DNA from: Patescibacteria group bacterium
GTDB lineage: Bacteria > Patescibacteriota > UBA1384 > 2-12-FULL-50-11 > DASWYB01
Length of the DNA: 42,342 nt
Direction of reading: 5' to 3'
Assembly (NCBI GenBank): GCA_041486955.1
Contig: JBGPML010000001.1
Coordinates: forward strand, 1-42,342
A program made the position numbers and the translations under genes. A model generated the notes under the pieces. The model searched no databases. It saw only the letters and a list, made by a program, of their open reading frames with translations, and had not been told where the DNA came from. Shown one piece after another: positions 7,180-15,322 of the stretch (its first letter is position 1; every line of letters begins with the position of its first letter).

Positions 7180-7197
7180 TAGTATGATAAGTTCTGT

Positions 7198-8184
7198 ATG
7201 TCCTTAACTATTCCTAAGTGGATCCGGCCATCTATCCAAGCAATTGGTAGTGTGGTTCTTTTTATTCTCTTTATCACCTTTTTTTGGCGTGAACGTAACG
7301 AGCTATCTCATTTGCGGCAAATTGTGACAGGAGCCAATCTTTCATTTCTCTCTCTAGGGATTTTTTTAAGTCTCTTAACCATCTTTATCCAAGGGCTATT
7401 CTATCAGTCAACGCTAGCTATGCTTCATAAGGAAATTCCGTTTCGAGTCGCCCTCAGTACCTATTTAAAACGCTTTTTCTTAGGATCATTTATTCCTGCT
7501 GGCGCAACCGTTTCTCAATTTACATTTAGTGATGAGGCCGAAGAACATAAGGTTAACGAGCTCGAAAGCCATTTAGCCGCTGCTTTTTTTATTTTTATTG
7601 GCGCAATCGTCTATATATTGATTCTCTATCCCACCGCCCTCTATTCATATTTGACTGGACGATTAAGCGGCGCAGAAAGCCTCAGCAGTTTGATCTTAAT
7701 CATAATTACATTGCTGTTATTTATCGATTTCTTCATTCTCTTCGAACAACGAGGCGTGATTTTCACGCTCGCATCAAAAATACGCCCGAATGTACCGCGT
7801 TTTATCGCCTCATGGCGAAATCGCGCATTCAATCAAGAGGCTATGGCCCGGGCATTTCTTTATGCTGGTTTATATCAAGCCACCAGCATTGTGATCGTTC
7901 TGGTCACATTTCAGGCACTGAACTTGCCTGGCGATATTTATGTGGCACTGGTCTGTTATGTTACCACTGTACTACTCTTAACAATTTCGCCGGTGTTTCA
8001 AGGGATTGGGTTGGTAGAATTTTCGCTCGTCTATACCTTGCAGCGTTTCGGTTTTGAAAAGGATCAAGCGGTAGCTATTACCATTCTTTATCGTCTGTTT
8101 CAGTTATGGATTCCACTTCTGATTGGATTTATTGTCTATCTGCAAAGCAAAATTAGCGATTCATTGCAGAAGCCAAAAAACTGA
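7198..8184 (+). CDS. MprF-flippase-like / lysylphosphatidylglycerol synthase TM-region family membrane protein
   Basis: 328 aa, about 8 TM helices. Colinear with residues 1 to ~325 of the next gene, for example LKRFFLGSFIPAGATVSQFTF versus LKRFFVGSFIPAGFTVSQFTF and LYRLFQLWIPLLIGF versus LFRLFQLWIPFFIGF. Confidence 0.85.
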   Translation: MSLTIPKWIRPSIQAIGSVVLFILFITFFWRERNELSHLRQIVTGANLSFLSLGIFLSLLTIFIQGLFYQSTLAMLHKEIPFRVALSTYLKRFFLGSFIPAGATVSQFTFSDEAEEHKVNELESHLAAAFFIFIGAIVYILILYPTALYSYLTGRLSGAESLSSLILIIITLLLFIDFFILFEQRGVIFTLASKIRPNVPRFIASWRNRAFNQEAMARAFLYAGLYQATSIVIVLVTFQALNLPGDIYVALVCYVTTVLLLTISPVFQGIGLVEFSLVYTLQRFGFEKDQAVAITILYRLFQLWIPLLIGFIVYLQSKISDSLQKPKN

Positions 8185-8259
8185 ATTTCAGAGTCAGTTA
8201 GGACATAATGTTATGATTGTGTAAGATTTCGTTATGAATTACTGCGTAAATAAAATTCT

Positions 8260-10941
8260 ATGACATTCAATCAACCCAAAATGTATAAAGCCTTTTGGCA
8301 ATCGCTCATTGGAATTGTCTTAGTTGCTCTTTTCATTGCTTTTTTATGGCAGCAAAGACGAGAACTGTACAATTTAAAACTGATAATCTTACAGGCAAAT
8401 TATACCTATATGTTTTTAGGGGTAGCGATAACCGGGGCATACTTTCTGGCTCAAGGTTTGTTTTATCAGAGCTGTTTGGCATTGCTGCACCAGCACGTCC
8501 CATTAACCGATGCAGTTAAAATCTATTTAAAGCGTTTCTTTGTCGGATCGTTTATTCCGGCCGGCTTTACTGTTTCTCAATTTACATTTCAATCTGACTT
8601 AAAAAAATATTCTATTAACGAAACAGAGAGTAATTTTGCGTCAATACTCTATCTTATTCTAGGTGCAATAACCTACGTTGCTATATTAATTCCTACCATT
8701 GTTTACCTCATTTATGGCAGTCATCTTACCTCACTCGAGCAGTACGGTAGCTTGGGTTTTATTGTCGTTATTTTGTTTGTCAGTATAGAGTTTTATTCTT
8801 TTATTCGCGAAAAGGGTATTGTCTATCGCTTGCTTCGACGTCTGATCCCGAATCTGTCATCTTTTATGGCGTCGTTACGAAAGACGTCATTCAACCGAAA
8901 TGTATTGATTCGAGCCTTTGCCTATAGTTTTCTTGTTGATGTATTAAGTATTGTAACGCTTTTAATAACGTTTAAAGCCTTAAATATCGCTCCCTCGCTT
9001 CTGATCGCCACGATTGGCTATGTCCTCACCATATTACTTCTGAGCATTTCACCAATTTTTGAAGGAATTGGGGTGGTAGAAGTCTCTTTGGTTTATGTCC
9101 TCATTCAATTTAATGTACCAAGAGATGCCGCCATTGCAGCAACTCTTCTTTTCCGATTGTTTCAGCTGTGGATCCCGTTTTTCATCGGATTTTTCTTGGC
9201 TTTACGAAATAAAATTGAAACTTCATTTCAATATCTACCAGTCGTATTAGTATTCTTACTCGGCGTAATCAATATCGTCTCGGCAGTAAGCCCACCGTTA
9301 ACCCACCGGCTTGATTTTTTGGAAGAGTTTTTCTCGCTGGATTTCTTAGTCTACTCGCGAATATTTACGCTCGTGTTGGGCTTTCTTCTTCTCTATCTGG
9401 TTTATAATCTTATTCATCGCTCCTACCGTGCTTGGCAAGCGACCGTTATATTTACTCTCTTTTCGATTATTGGCCATCTTGTTAAAGGGATTGATTATGA
9501 AGAGGCTGTATTCGGAGTAATTGTTTTAATTTCACTTTACATCTATAGAAACCACTATCGAATTAAAAATAGTTTGAGTCGGGTCAGAAAGGGCATAGTC
9601 ATCCTATGGATGGGGTTTGCCTTCGCCATATTTTATGGACTAATCGGATTTTATTTTCTTGATAAGAAACAATTTGGCGAGACGTTTACCCTCGGCCAGG
9701 CATTCCATCATCTTATTCGTTTATATTTTGAGTTTGGTGATATTAGTTTACATCCCCACACAATGTTTGCGCGTCTTTTTATCGGTTCAATTTATGGTGT
9801 TGGAATATTTTCACTCCTCTATGGAATTATATCGATTTTTCAACCAACCTTACGTGCATATCAAACTATTCCAGAAGAATATGATAAAGCCCAGCGTCTG
9901 ATTCAATCGTACGGCCATAACAATCTCGATTATTTTAAATTATATTGGGACAAGTCGTTCTTCTTTTCATCCACCAACGACGCATTTATTGCTTATAAGG
10001 ACATTAACGGTTATGCTCTCGTCCTCGGCGATCCTGTCGGCAAAAATGAAACAGCCATTAAACGAATAATTGAAGAATTTGCCGCATTCTCTGAATCGGC
10101 TGGGCTGCGAGTGGCGTTTCAGCAGGTGAGTAGTGAATATCTTAAGTTATATAAGCAGTTAGAATGGAATTATTTCAAAATAGGAGAAGAAGCCGAAGTG
10201 CTACTCGGGAATTTCTCACTGGAAAAGCCCGAGTTTAAAGAATTTCGGTCTATTATCCGTCGATTTGAAAGGGAAGGATACCGTTATACGCTTCATACCC
10301 CTCCGGTTAGTGCTGGTCTGATTCAAAAACTCCACCAAGTTTCTGACGAGTGGTTATCGTTACCGTTTCGAACTGAGCGGATTTTTACACAAAGTATGTT
10401 TGAATCAAGCGCCTTGATGCAGACAAAGATAGCAACGGTTGAAGATCACGAAGGCCAAATTTTAGCTTTTATCAGCCTCCTTCCTGATTATGATCATGGA
10501 AAGGTCGCATTGGATATGATGCGTCGAAAAACCAAGGTTCCGAATGGAGTTATGGAATTTTTAGTTGTTCAAACGATTTGGTCTCTCCTGCAATCAGGGT
10601 ATACATCCTTCAGTTTAGGATTAGCGCCTTTGTCGGGTGTCGGAGATCAGGAAAACGCAGGGATCCCCGAAAAATCGCTTAAATTTTTCTATGATCATTT
10701 TAATAAAGTGTTCAGCTATAAAGGGCTGCGGCAATTTAAAGCTAAATTCGCTCCGGAGTGGAGTCCCCGTTATTTGGTGTATCGAAGTCAAATAGAATTA
10801 CCCACATTGGCTGTTGCCTCCGTTAAAGCTGGGCAGGTCGGGGGCTTTACAGCTTTTTTTGAAAGTGCCCTCAAGCATCGACTTCAAACGAAACATGCCA
10901 CTATGATGGAACGAATCCAAAACAAAGAAAATACCTCATGA
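8260..10941 (+). CDS. mprF: bifunctional aminoacyl-phosphatidylglycerol synthase/flippase (MprF-like)
   Basis: 893 aa. The N-terminal part is polytopic membrane region. The C-terminal soluble domain (DYFKLYWDKSFFFS..., AFIAYKDINGYALVLGDPVG, KGLRQFKAKFAPEW) matches the MprF synthase (DUF2156-type) domain. Confidence 0.88.
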   Translation: MTFNQPKMYKAFWQSLIGIVLVALFIAFLWQQRRELYNLKLIILQANYTYMFLGVAITGAYFLAQGLFYQSCLALLHQHVPLTDAVKIYLKRFFVGSFIPAGFTVSQFTFQSDLKKYSINETESNFASILYLILGAITYVAILIPTIVYLIYGSHLTSLEQYGSLGFIVVILFVSIEFYSFIREKGIVYRLLRRLIPNLSSFMASLRKTSFNRNVLIRAFAYSFLVDVLSIVTLLITFKALNIAPSLLIATIGYVLTILLLSISPIFEGIGVVEVSLVYVLIQFNVPRDAAIAATLLFRLFQLWIPFFIGFFLALRNKIETSFQYLPVVLVFLLGVINIVSAVSPPLTHRLDFLEEFFSLDFLVYSRIFTLVLGFLLLYLVYNLIHRSYRAWQATVIFTLFSIIGHLVKGIDYEEAVFGVIVLISLYIYRNHYRIKNSLSRVRKGIVILWMGFAFAIFYGLIGFYFLDKKQFGETFTLGQAFHHLIRLYFEFGDISLHPHTMFARLFIGSIYGVGIFSLLYGIISIFQPTLRAYQTIPEEYDKAQRLIQSYGHNNLDYFKLYWDKSFFFSSTNDAFIAYKDINGYALVLGDPVGKNETAIKRIIEEFAAFSESAGLRVAFQQVSSEYLKLYKQLEWNYFKIGEEAEVLLGNFSLEKPEFKEFRSIIRRFEREGYRYTLHTPPVSAGLIQKLHQVSDEWLSLPFRTERIFTQSMFESSALMQTKIATVEDHEGQILAFISLLPDYDHGKVALDMMRRKTKVPNGVMEFLVVQTIWSLLQSGYTSFSLGLAPLSGVGDQENAGIPEKSLKFFYDHFNKVFSYKGLRQFKAKFAPEWSPRYLVYRSQIELPTLAVASVKAGQVGGFTAFFESALKHRLQTKHATMMERIQNKENTS

Positions 10942-12200
10942 TCGTCGCCGATCTAGAAATTCATTCTAGATACGCCAGAGCTTGTAGCAAAAATCTTTCG
11001 GCAGCTGTTTTGTCACTATGGGCAAAACGGAAAGGGATTCATATTTTAAGCACCGGTGACATCACCCATCCACTCTGGCGTCGAGAAATGCGCAAGAATT
11101 TGATCGAGAAAGAGCCCGGTTTTTTTATATTGAAGGAAGATGCCGATCCGCCAGCTAGCGAAAAAAATGCCCCTCGGTTTGTTTTGGGTGGGGAAGTGTC
11201 GTTAATGTTTCGTCAGGGCGAAGTGAAGGGGCGACGCGTTCACCTGATATTTTTGATGCCATCATTCGAGTCAGTCGAGCGATTGGTTGCTCTCATTAAT
11301 GACAAGGGTAAATTGGCGAGTGACGGGCGACCTATCTTAAGCATGTCATGTCGCGATTTTACTGTGGCCTGTCGCGAAGCCGATCCAGAATGCATGGTCA
11401 TTCCCGCTCATATCTGGACGCCCTGGTTTGGCTTACTTGGGAGTAAGTCAGGCTTTGACAGTATCGAAGCCGCTTTTGGTGATCAGACACACTATATTAC
11501 CGCTTACGAAACGGGACTATCAGCTGATCCCTCGATGTGTTGGCGGGTCGATAGCCTCAACAAACGAGTCCTCGTTTCGTCCTCAGACGCCCATTCAGCT
11601 CCTAATATGATGCGGGAAGCGTTACTGCTGAATGGTGAAGTTGAGGATTATAGCTATACTCGGTTACTAGGGGCTTTATCAATTGTCGGTAATAGCGATT
11701 ATTTTGGTACTTTAGAATTCTTTCCCGAAGAAGGTAAATATCATGCTGACGGACATGCGGCGTGTCATGTCGTTCTTGAACCTGAAATGACGGATAAACT
11801 TGAAGGTCGTTGTCCGAATTGTGGTCAGATGATTACGATCGGAGTCAAGCATCGCGTTTTTGATTTAGCCAGTCACGAATCAGGTTATCGACCGGCCCAT
11901 GGCGGCCAAGTTGTCTATGCAGTGCCGCTTCAAGAGATTATTGCTGAAGCGTTAGGCAAAGGCAAACAGTCAAAAGCGGTGCAACAGTTATATCTTCGTA
12001 TGGTCGAGACAATCGCGCCAGAGTATGTTATTTTGCGAGAAGTTACTCAATTTCCCGACTGGGTTGATCAACGGGTTTCCGAGGGTATTAAAAAAGTCAG
12101 AAGAGGTGAGGTTCACGTCAATCCTGGTTATGATGGTATCTATGGTACGGTGAAGCTGTTTGAATCAAAAAATAAAGCAATGTCACTCTGGGAGGGCTAG
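10938..12200 (+). CDS. PHP-domain endonuclease Q-like protein (TIGR00375-type)
   Basis: 420 aa. ADLEIHSRYARACS, STGDITHP, IPAHIWTPW, ETGLSADPSM, SSSDAHS and EEGKYHADGH are present, plus the zinc ribbon GRCPNCG...GVKHRV and C-terminal PGYDGIYG. ATGA overlap with mprF. Confidence 0.85.
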   Translation: MIVADLEIHSRYARACSKNLSAAVLSLWAKRKGIHILSTGDITHPLWRREMRKNLIEKEPGFFILKEDADPPASEKNAPRFVLGGEVSLMFRQGEVKGRRVHLIFLMPSFESVERLVALINDKGKLASDGRPILSMSCRDFTVACREADPECMVIPAHIWTPWFGLLGSKSGFDSIEAAFGDQTHYITAYETGLSADPSMCWRVDSLNKRVLVSSSDAHSAPNMMREALLLNGEVEDYSYTRLLGALSIVGNSDYFGTLEFFPEEGKYHADGHAACHVVLEPEMTDKLEGRCPNCGQMITIGVKHRVFDLASHESGYRPAHGGQVVYAVPLQEIIAEALGKGKQSKAVQQLYLRMVETIAPEYVILREVTQFPDWVDQRVSEGIKKVRRGEVHVNPGYDGIYGTVKLFESKNKAMSLWEG

Positions 12201-12204
12201 ATAG

Positions 12205-12320
12205 AAATGACGAATTTAAAATGGCAAATGAAAAAACGAATTAATAATGAATCATTCGAATGGTTTCGTCATTCGTGCTTCGACATTGATTTGTCATTTG
12301 GGTTTAGGTATTCGTCATTT
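12205..12320. repeat. inverted/direct repeat cluster with core AATGACGAA / TTCGTCATT
   Basis: AAATGACGAAT at 12205-12215, TTTCGTCATT at 12264-12273, ATTCGTCATTT at 12310-12320. A degenerate copy TTGTCATTTG and a central palindrome CATTCGAATG are also present. Confidence 0.6.
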
Positions 12321-12358
12321 GATTTGACAAATTTAAATGAGCTAACGCAACAGAAGTC

Positions 12359-13378
12359 ATGGCAATGATAAAGGAAAACAACATTGTTTGTATTGGGGGT
12401 GGCACAGGACTTTCAACTCTATTGCGAGGCTTGAAACATTACTGTGCACCATCAGCGATCGTGACGATGGCTGATTCGGGTGGTCATTCGGGACAATTGC
12501 GCGATGAGTTAGGTGTTTTACCGCCAGGCGACGTAAGGGCGTGTTTGGTTGCATTAGCCGATGATGATAAAGCTACTTTGCTGCGGGATTTATTTAGTTA
12601 TCGTTTTTCCAATGGAGCAAGTGTTGGAAACTTACTCCTTACGGCACTAAGTGATATCTTGGGCGATTTTAACCAAGCGGTCGATGCAGCTCATCGGTTA
12701 CTCGATCTGAAAGGGTCGGTTATTCCAGTAACCCTTGAACCGACCGATCTTCTGGCTGAATTAGAAGACGGAACCATTCTATTTGGCGAAAAAGCCATCG
12801 ATTTACCCCGTAAAAATGGTCATCTCAAAATTAGCCGGGTTTGGTTGCAGCCAAAAGTCCAAGCCAATCCATTGGCTAAACAGGCCTTAGCTGAGGCCTC
12901 GGCAATTCTTTTGGGCCCGGGAGATCTTTATACGTCAATCTTGCCCAATTTGCAGGTTCAAGGTGTTGCCGAAGCAATAAAAAAGTCACCAGCTCAATTA
13001 GTTTATGTCGCTAATATTATGACCAAACACGGCGAAACAGATAATTTTTCAGTGGCAAATTTTGTCCGAGTTCTCGAAACATATATTGGCCGTTCAATTG
13101 ACTACGTTATCTATAATAATGAACCCGTTCCTGATGCTCTTATTGCTAAGTATCGTAAGGAAAAAGCCATTCCGGTCATTGCTGACCAGCTTTTCGCACA
13201 CTGGATAGGTGCCCCATTGCTTTCGACCGGTGGCGGTTTAGCCCGTCATGATAGTGATAAACTGGCTCAGGCATTGTATAATCTGATTAAAACTTTTAAA
13301 GGAAACAATGCCAGAATTACCAGAAGTCGAAACAATACGGTTAGGGCTGGAGAAATACTTACCCGGCAAAATAATTAA
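12359..13378 (+). CDS. yvcK: YvcK/CofD-family (UPF0052, gluconeogenesis factor-like) protein
   Basis: 339 aa. IVCIGGGTGLSTLLRGLK and IVTMADSGGHSGQLRDELGVLPPGDVR are family signatures. The 3' end overlaps mutM by 71 nt. Confidence 0.85.
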   Translation: MAMIKENNIVCIGGGTGLSTLLRGLKHYCAPSAIVTMADSGGHSGQLRDELGVLPPGDVRACLVALADDDKATLLRDLFSYRFSNGASVGNLLLTALSDILGDFNQAVDAAHRLLDLKGSVIPVTLEPTDLLAELEDGTILFGEKAIDLPRKNGHLKISRVWLQPKVQANPLAKQALAEASAILLGPGDLYTSILPNLQVQGVAEAIKKSPAQLVYVANIMTKHGETDNFSVANFVRVLETYIGRSIDYVIYNNEPVPDALIAKYRKEKAIPVIADQLFAHWIGAPLLSTGGGLARHDSDKLAQALYNLIKTFKGNNARITRSRNNTVRAGEILTRQNN

Positions 13379-14180
13379 GCAGGTTGAAGTTCGTGTCCCA
13401 AAACTTTTCGTCGGCACGGACAAGATTTTGGGTGAAACCGGGCAGATCGCCGGATTGGAAGTCAGGAAAGTCCGTCGGCGAGCAAAAGTTCTGCTGATAG
13501 ATTTGAGTCATAATATTTCGCTGCTCATCCATTTAAAAATGACTGGTCAATTGGTGTTTCAATCTGCCAATGAAAAACAAAAGCTGGTTGGTGGTCATCC
13601 TCAAGCCGCGTATAATCAGCCGTTACCACACCGTCATACTCATGTGATTTTTTATTTTACCGATGGGAGTAAGCTCTATTTTAATGATTTGCGTAAATTT
13701 GGTTGGATTCATGTTGTGCCAACTGATGAAGCTGATTCATATGGCATGTTAGGTTCAGTGGGTCCCGAACCATTGGATCCGTCTTTTTCGGTTGAAAAGT
13801 TTAAGAATCAGCTCATAAAATACCCCAACCGACTTATTTTTGTTGGATTACTTGATCAGCATCTGATTGCCGGACTGGGAAATATTTATGTAAATGAGGT
13901 CCTGTATGAAGCTCATATTCACCCGGAGCGAAAAATTAAAGATATTTCAGAGGTAGAATGGGAAAAATTATTTATTGCGATTCAACACGTTTTGAAAGAA
14001 AGTATTCGTCTCGGGGGAACATCGGATAGCACCTATGTCAGTGTAGAAGGTAAACGGGGCGACTATTTGGGTCATGCTCATGTGTATCATCAAGAAATCG
14101 CTCAACCGTGCGGTCACCCGGTCACGCGAAAAAAAATTGGTGGCCGAACGGCTCACTTCTGCGAGGTAGACCAAACCTGA
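13308..14180 (+). CDS. mutM: formamidopyrimidine-DNA glycosylase (Fpg/MutM)
   Basis: 290 aa. Catalytic N-terminus MPELPEVE, H2TH region GLGNIYVNEVLYEAHIHP. SD is AAAGGAAACA. The C-terminal zinc finger retains only 2 of the usual 4 Cys. Confidence 0.9.
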   Translation: MPELPEVETIRLGLEKYLPGKIIKQVEVRVPKLFVGTDKILGETGQIAGLEVRKVRRRAKVLLIDLSHNISLLIHLKMTGQLVFQSANEKQKLVGGHPQAAYNQPLPHRHTHVIFYFTDGSKLYFNDLRKFGWIHVVPTDEADSYGMLGSVGPEPLDPSFSVEKFKNQLIKYPNRLIFVGLLDQHLIAGLGNIYVNEVLYEAHIHPERKIKDISEVEWEKLFIAIQHVLKESIRLGGTSDSTYVSVEGKRGDYLGHAHVYHQEIAQPCGHPVTRKKIGGRTAHFCEVDQT

Positions 14181-14230
14181 TTTTATGGTATTATTATTCC
14201 ATCCATTTTAACGGATCGGAGGAGAAGGGG

Positions 14231-14449
14231 ATGGACTACGCAGATATGCCTCGTTGGCAAGTATTTGTTGGCCTGATAGACGAGGAAGGGGAATGGACTT
14301 GGCCCGAAGAAGTTAAGAGCTACACGGCCGAAAGAGCAAAGCAAATTGCTGAAGGGCGAGTACGAGAGAGCCATCGAAGAGGGCGATTACCCGATCCTCT
14401 TCGAAGTCAGGTTGTCGACAGATTAACAGTTCGGGTGCAGCCGGTGTGA
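14231..14449 (+). CDS. hypothetical small soluble protein (72 aa)
   Basis: Internal ATG of track ORF 14108-14449, preceded by GGAGGAGAAGGGG. It has its own terminator. No family recognised. Confidence 0.5.
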   Translation: MDYADMPRWQVFVGLIDEEGEWTWPEEVKSYTAERAKQIAEGRVRESHRRGRLPDPLRSQVVDRLTVRVQPV

Positions 14450-14457
14450 TTCGGGAA

Positions 14458-14488
14458 GGCGGTCCGTCTTATGACAGACCGCCGCTTT
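14458..14488 (+). terminator. intrinsic terminator
   Basis: GGCGGTCCGTC (14458-14468) / GACAGACCGCC (14473-14483), one mismatch, loop TTAT, then GCTTTC. Confidence 0.7.
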
Positions 14489-14637
14489 CATAAATAATAT
14501 TAGCTTGCCTTAGATTTGGGATTAGTCTAATTTGATATTACGTCGAATGTGAGTTTCCAGAACTGCTATTTGATGAGTTGACACCTCGTCGGCTTTCCCC
14601 GGTAGAATTTCTGGAATCCATTTGTAAGGGAGATATT

Positions 14638-14877
14638 ATGTCAGCACGAGATGTTGTAATGGCGAGGCAGAAGCGGCTCGCAGCTCTGCAAAAGCAGTTG
14701 TCTGGTCCTGAAGTTGACCGACAACATGAGGAAGAAGAGGCAGAACTAAGAGCCTCCGGAGTTAAGGGCTATATGCCAATCGATGGTCCACCAGGCCAGA
14801 CTACTGATTTTGTGATTCATTACCCCTTTGATCAGAAACGAGCAATCGAGGCCTGGCCCCTCGATGATACCCTCTAA
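14638..14877 (+). CDS. hypothetical small acidic protein (79 aa)
   Basis: ATG 14638 is preceded by GTAAGGGAGA. The track ORF starts at an upstream TTG (14578). A strong terminator follows. No family recognised. Confidence 0.5.
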   Translation: MSARDVVMARQKRLAALQKQLSGPEVDRQHEEEEAELRASGVKGYMPIDGPPGQTTDFVIHYPFDQKRAIEAWPLDDTL

Positions 14878-14900
14878 TCGGCCCCGCTCCACTCTTACAA

Positions 14901-14931
14901 GCGGGCCACCTGATGGCGGCCCGCTTTTTTT
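14901..14931 (+). terminator. intrinsic terminator
   Basis: GCGGGCC (14901-14907) / GGCCCGC (14918-14924), followed by a T7 run. Confidence 0.85.
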
Positions 14932-14932
14932 A

Positions 14933-14961
14933 TTGCAATAACAGTTTTCTTGGTTTATTAT
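14933..14961 (+). promoter_or_regulatory. promoter candidate (TTGCAA-17-TATTAT)
   Basis: TTGCAA at 14933-14938, 17-nt spacer, TATTAT at 14956-14961. An ATG at 14968 lies 6 nt after the -10. Confidence 0.55.
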
Positions 14962-14967
14962 TAAGTC

Positions 14968-15060
14968 ATGTCGTATGTTGCTTCCATGAGCAATCTCCAA
15001 AGTCAGCTGGTCCTTGGCCTGCTTATTTTAGGTGACACGCATCGGGAGCCGTCTTCGTAA
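14968..15060 (+). CDS. candidate leaderless leader peptide (30 aa)
   Basis: MSYVASMSNLQSQLVLGLLILGDTHREPSS. It starts at the predicted TSS and its 3' part covers one arm of an alternative antiterminator pairing. Speculative. Confidence 0.25.
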   Translation: MSYVASMSNLQSQLVLGLLILGDTHREPSS

Positions 15061-15089
15061 CCACCCTTAGGTTACACGACACTGAAGAG

Positions 15090-15112
15090 AGCTCCCAACC
15101 GGGAGCTTTTTT
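15090..15112 (+). terminator. intrinsic terminator (attenuator candidate)
   Basis: AGCTCCC (15090-15096) / GGGAGCT (15101-15107), loop AACC, T-run to 15112. It sits 16 nt before the ORF at 15128. Confidence 0.8.
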
Positions 15113-15127
15113 CGTAGGAGAAGAAAC

Positions 15128-15322
15128 ATGTGCCAAGTTGTTGATGGTCTGATTCGTGAAGCGAGACGTCATGAAGACCCGCGGGCCGGAGAGGGTTATT
15201 ATCGCATTGCTATGCTTCTCGCCTCAATGCCACAGGGGCCAGAACGGGATTTCATTATCCGAGCGGTGACGACTGGCTTGGAGCAAGAAGATTCGAAAGA
15301 ATCAATCAGCAATCATTCGTGA
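15128..15322 (+). CDS. hypothetical small protein (64 aa)
   Basis: SD GTAGGAGAAG lies 5 nt before the ATG. No family recognised. Confidence 0.45.
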   Translation: MCQVVDGLIREARRHEDPRAGEGYYRIAMLLASMPQGPERDFIIRAVTTGLEQEDSKESISNHS

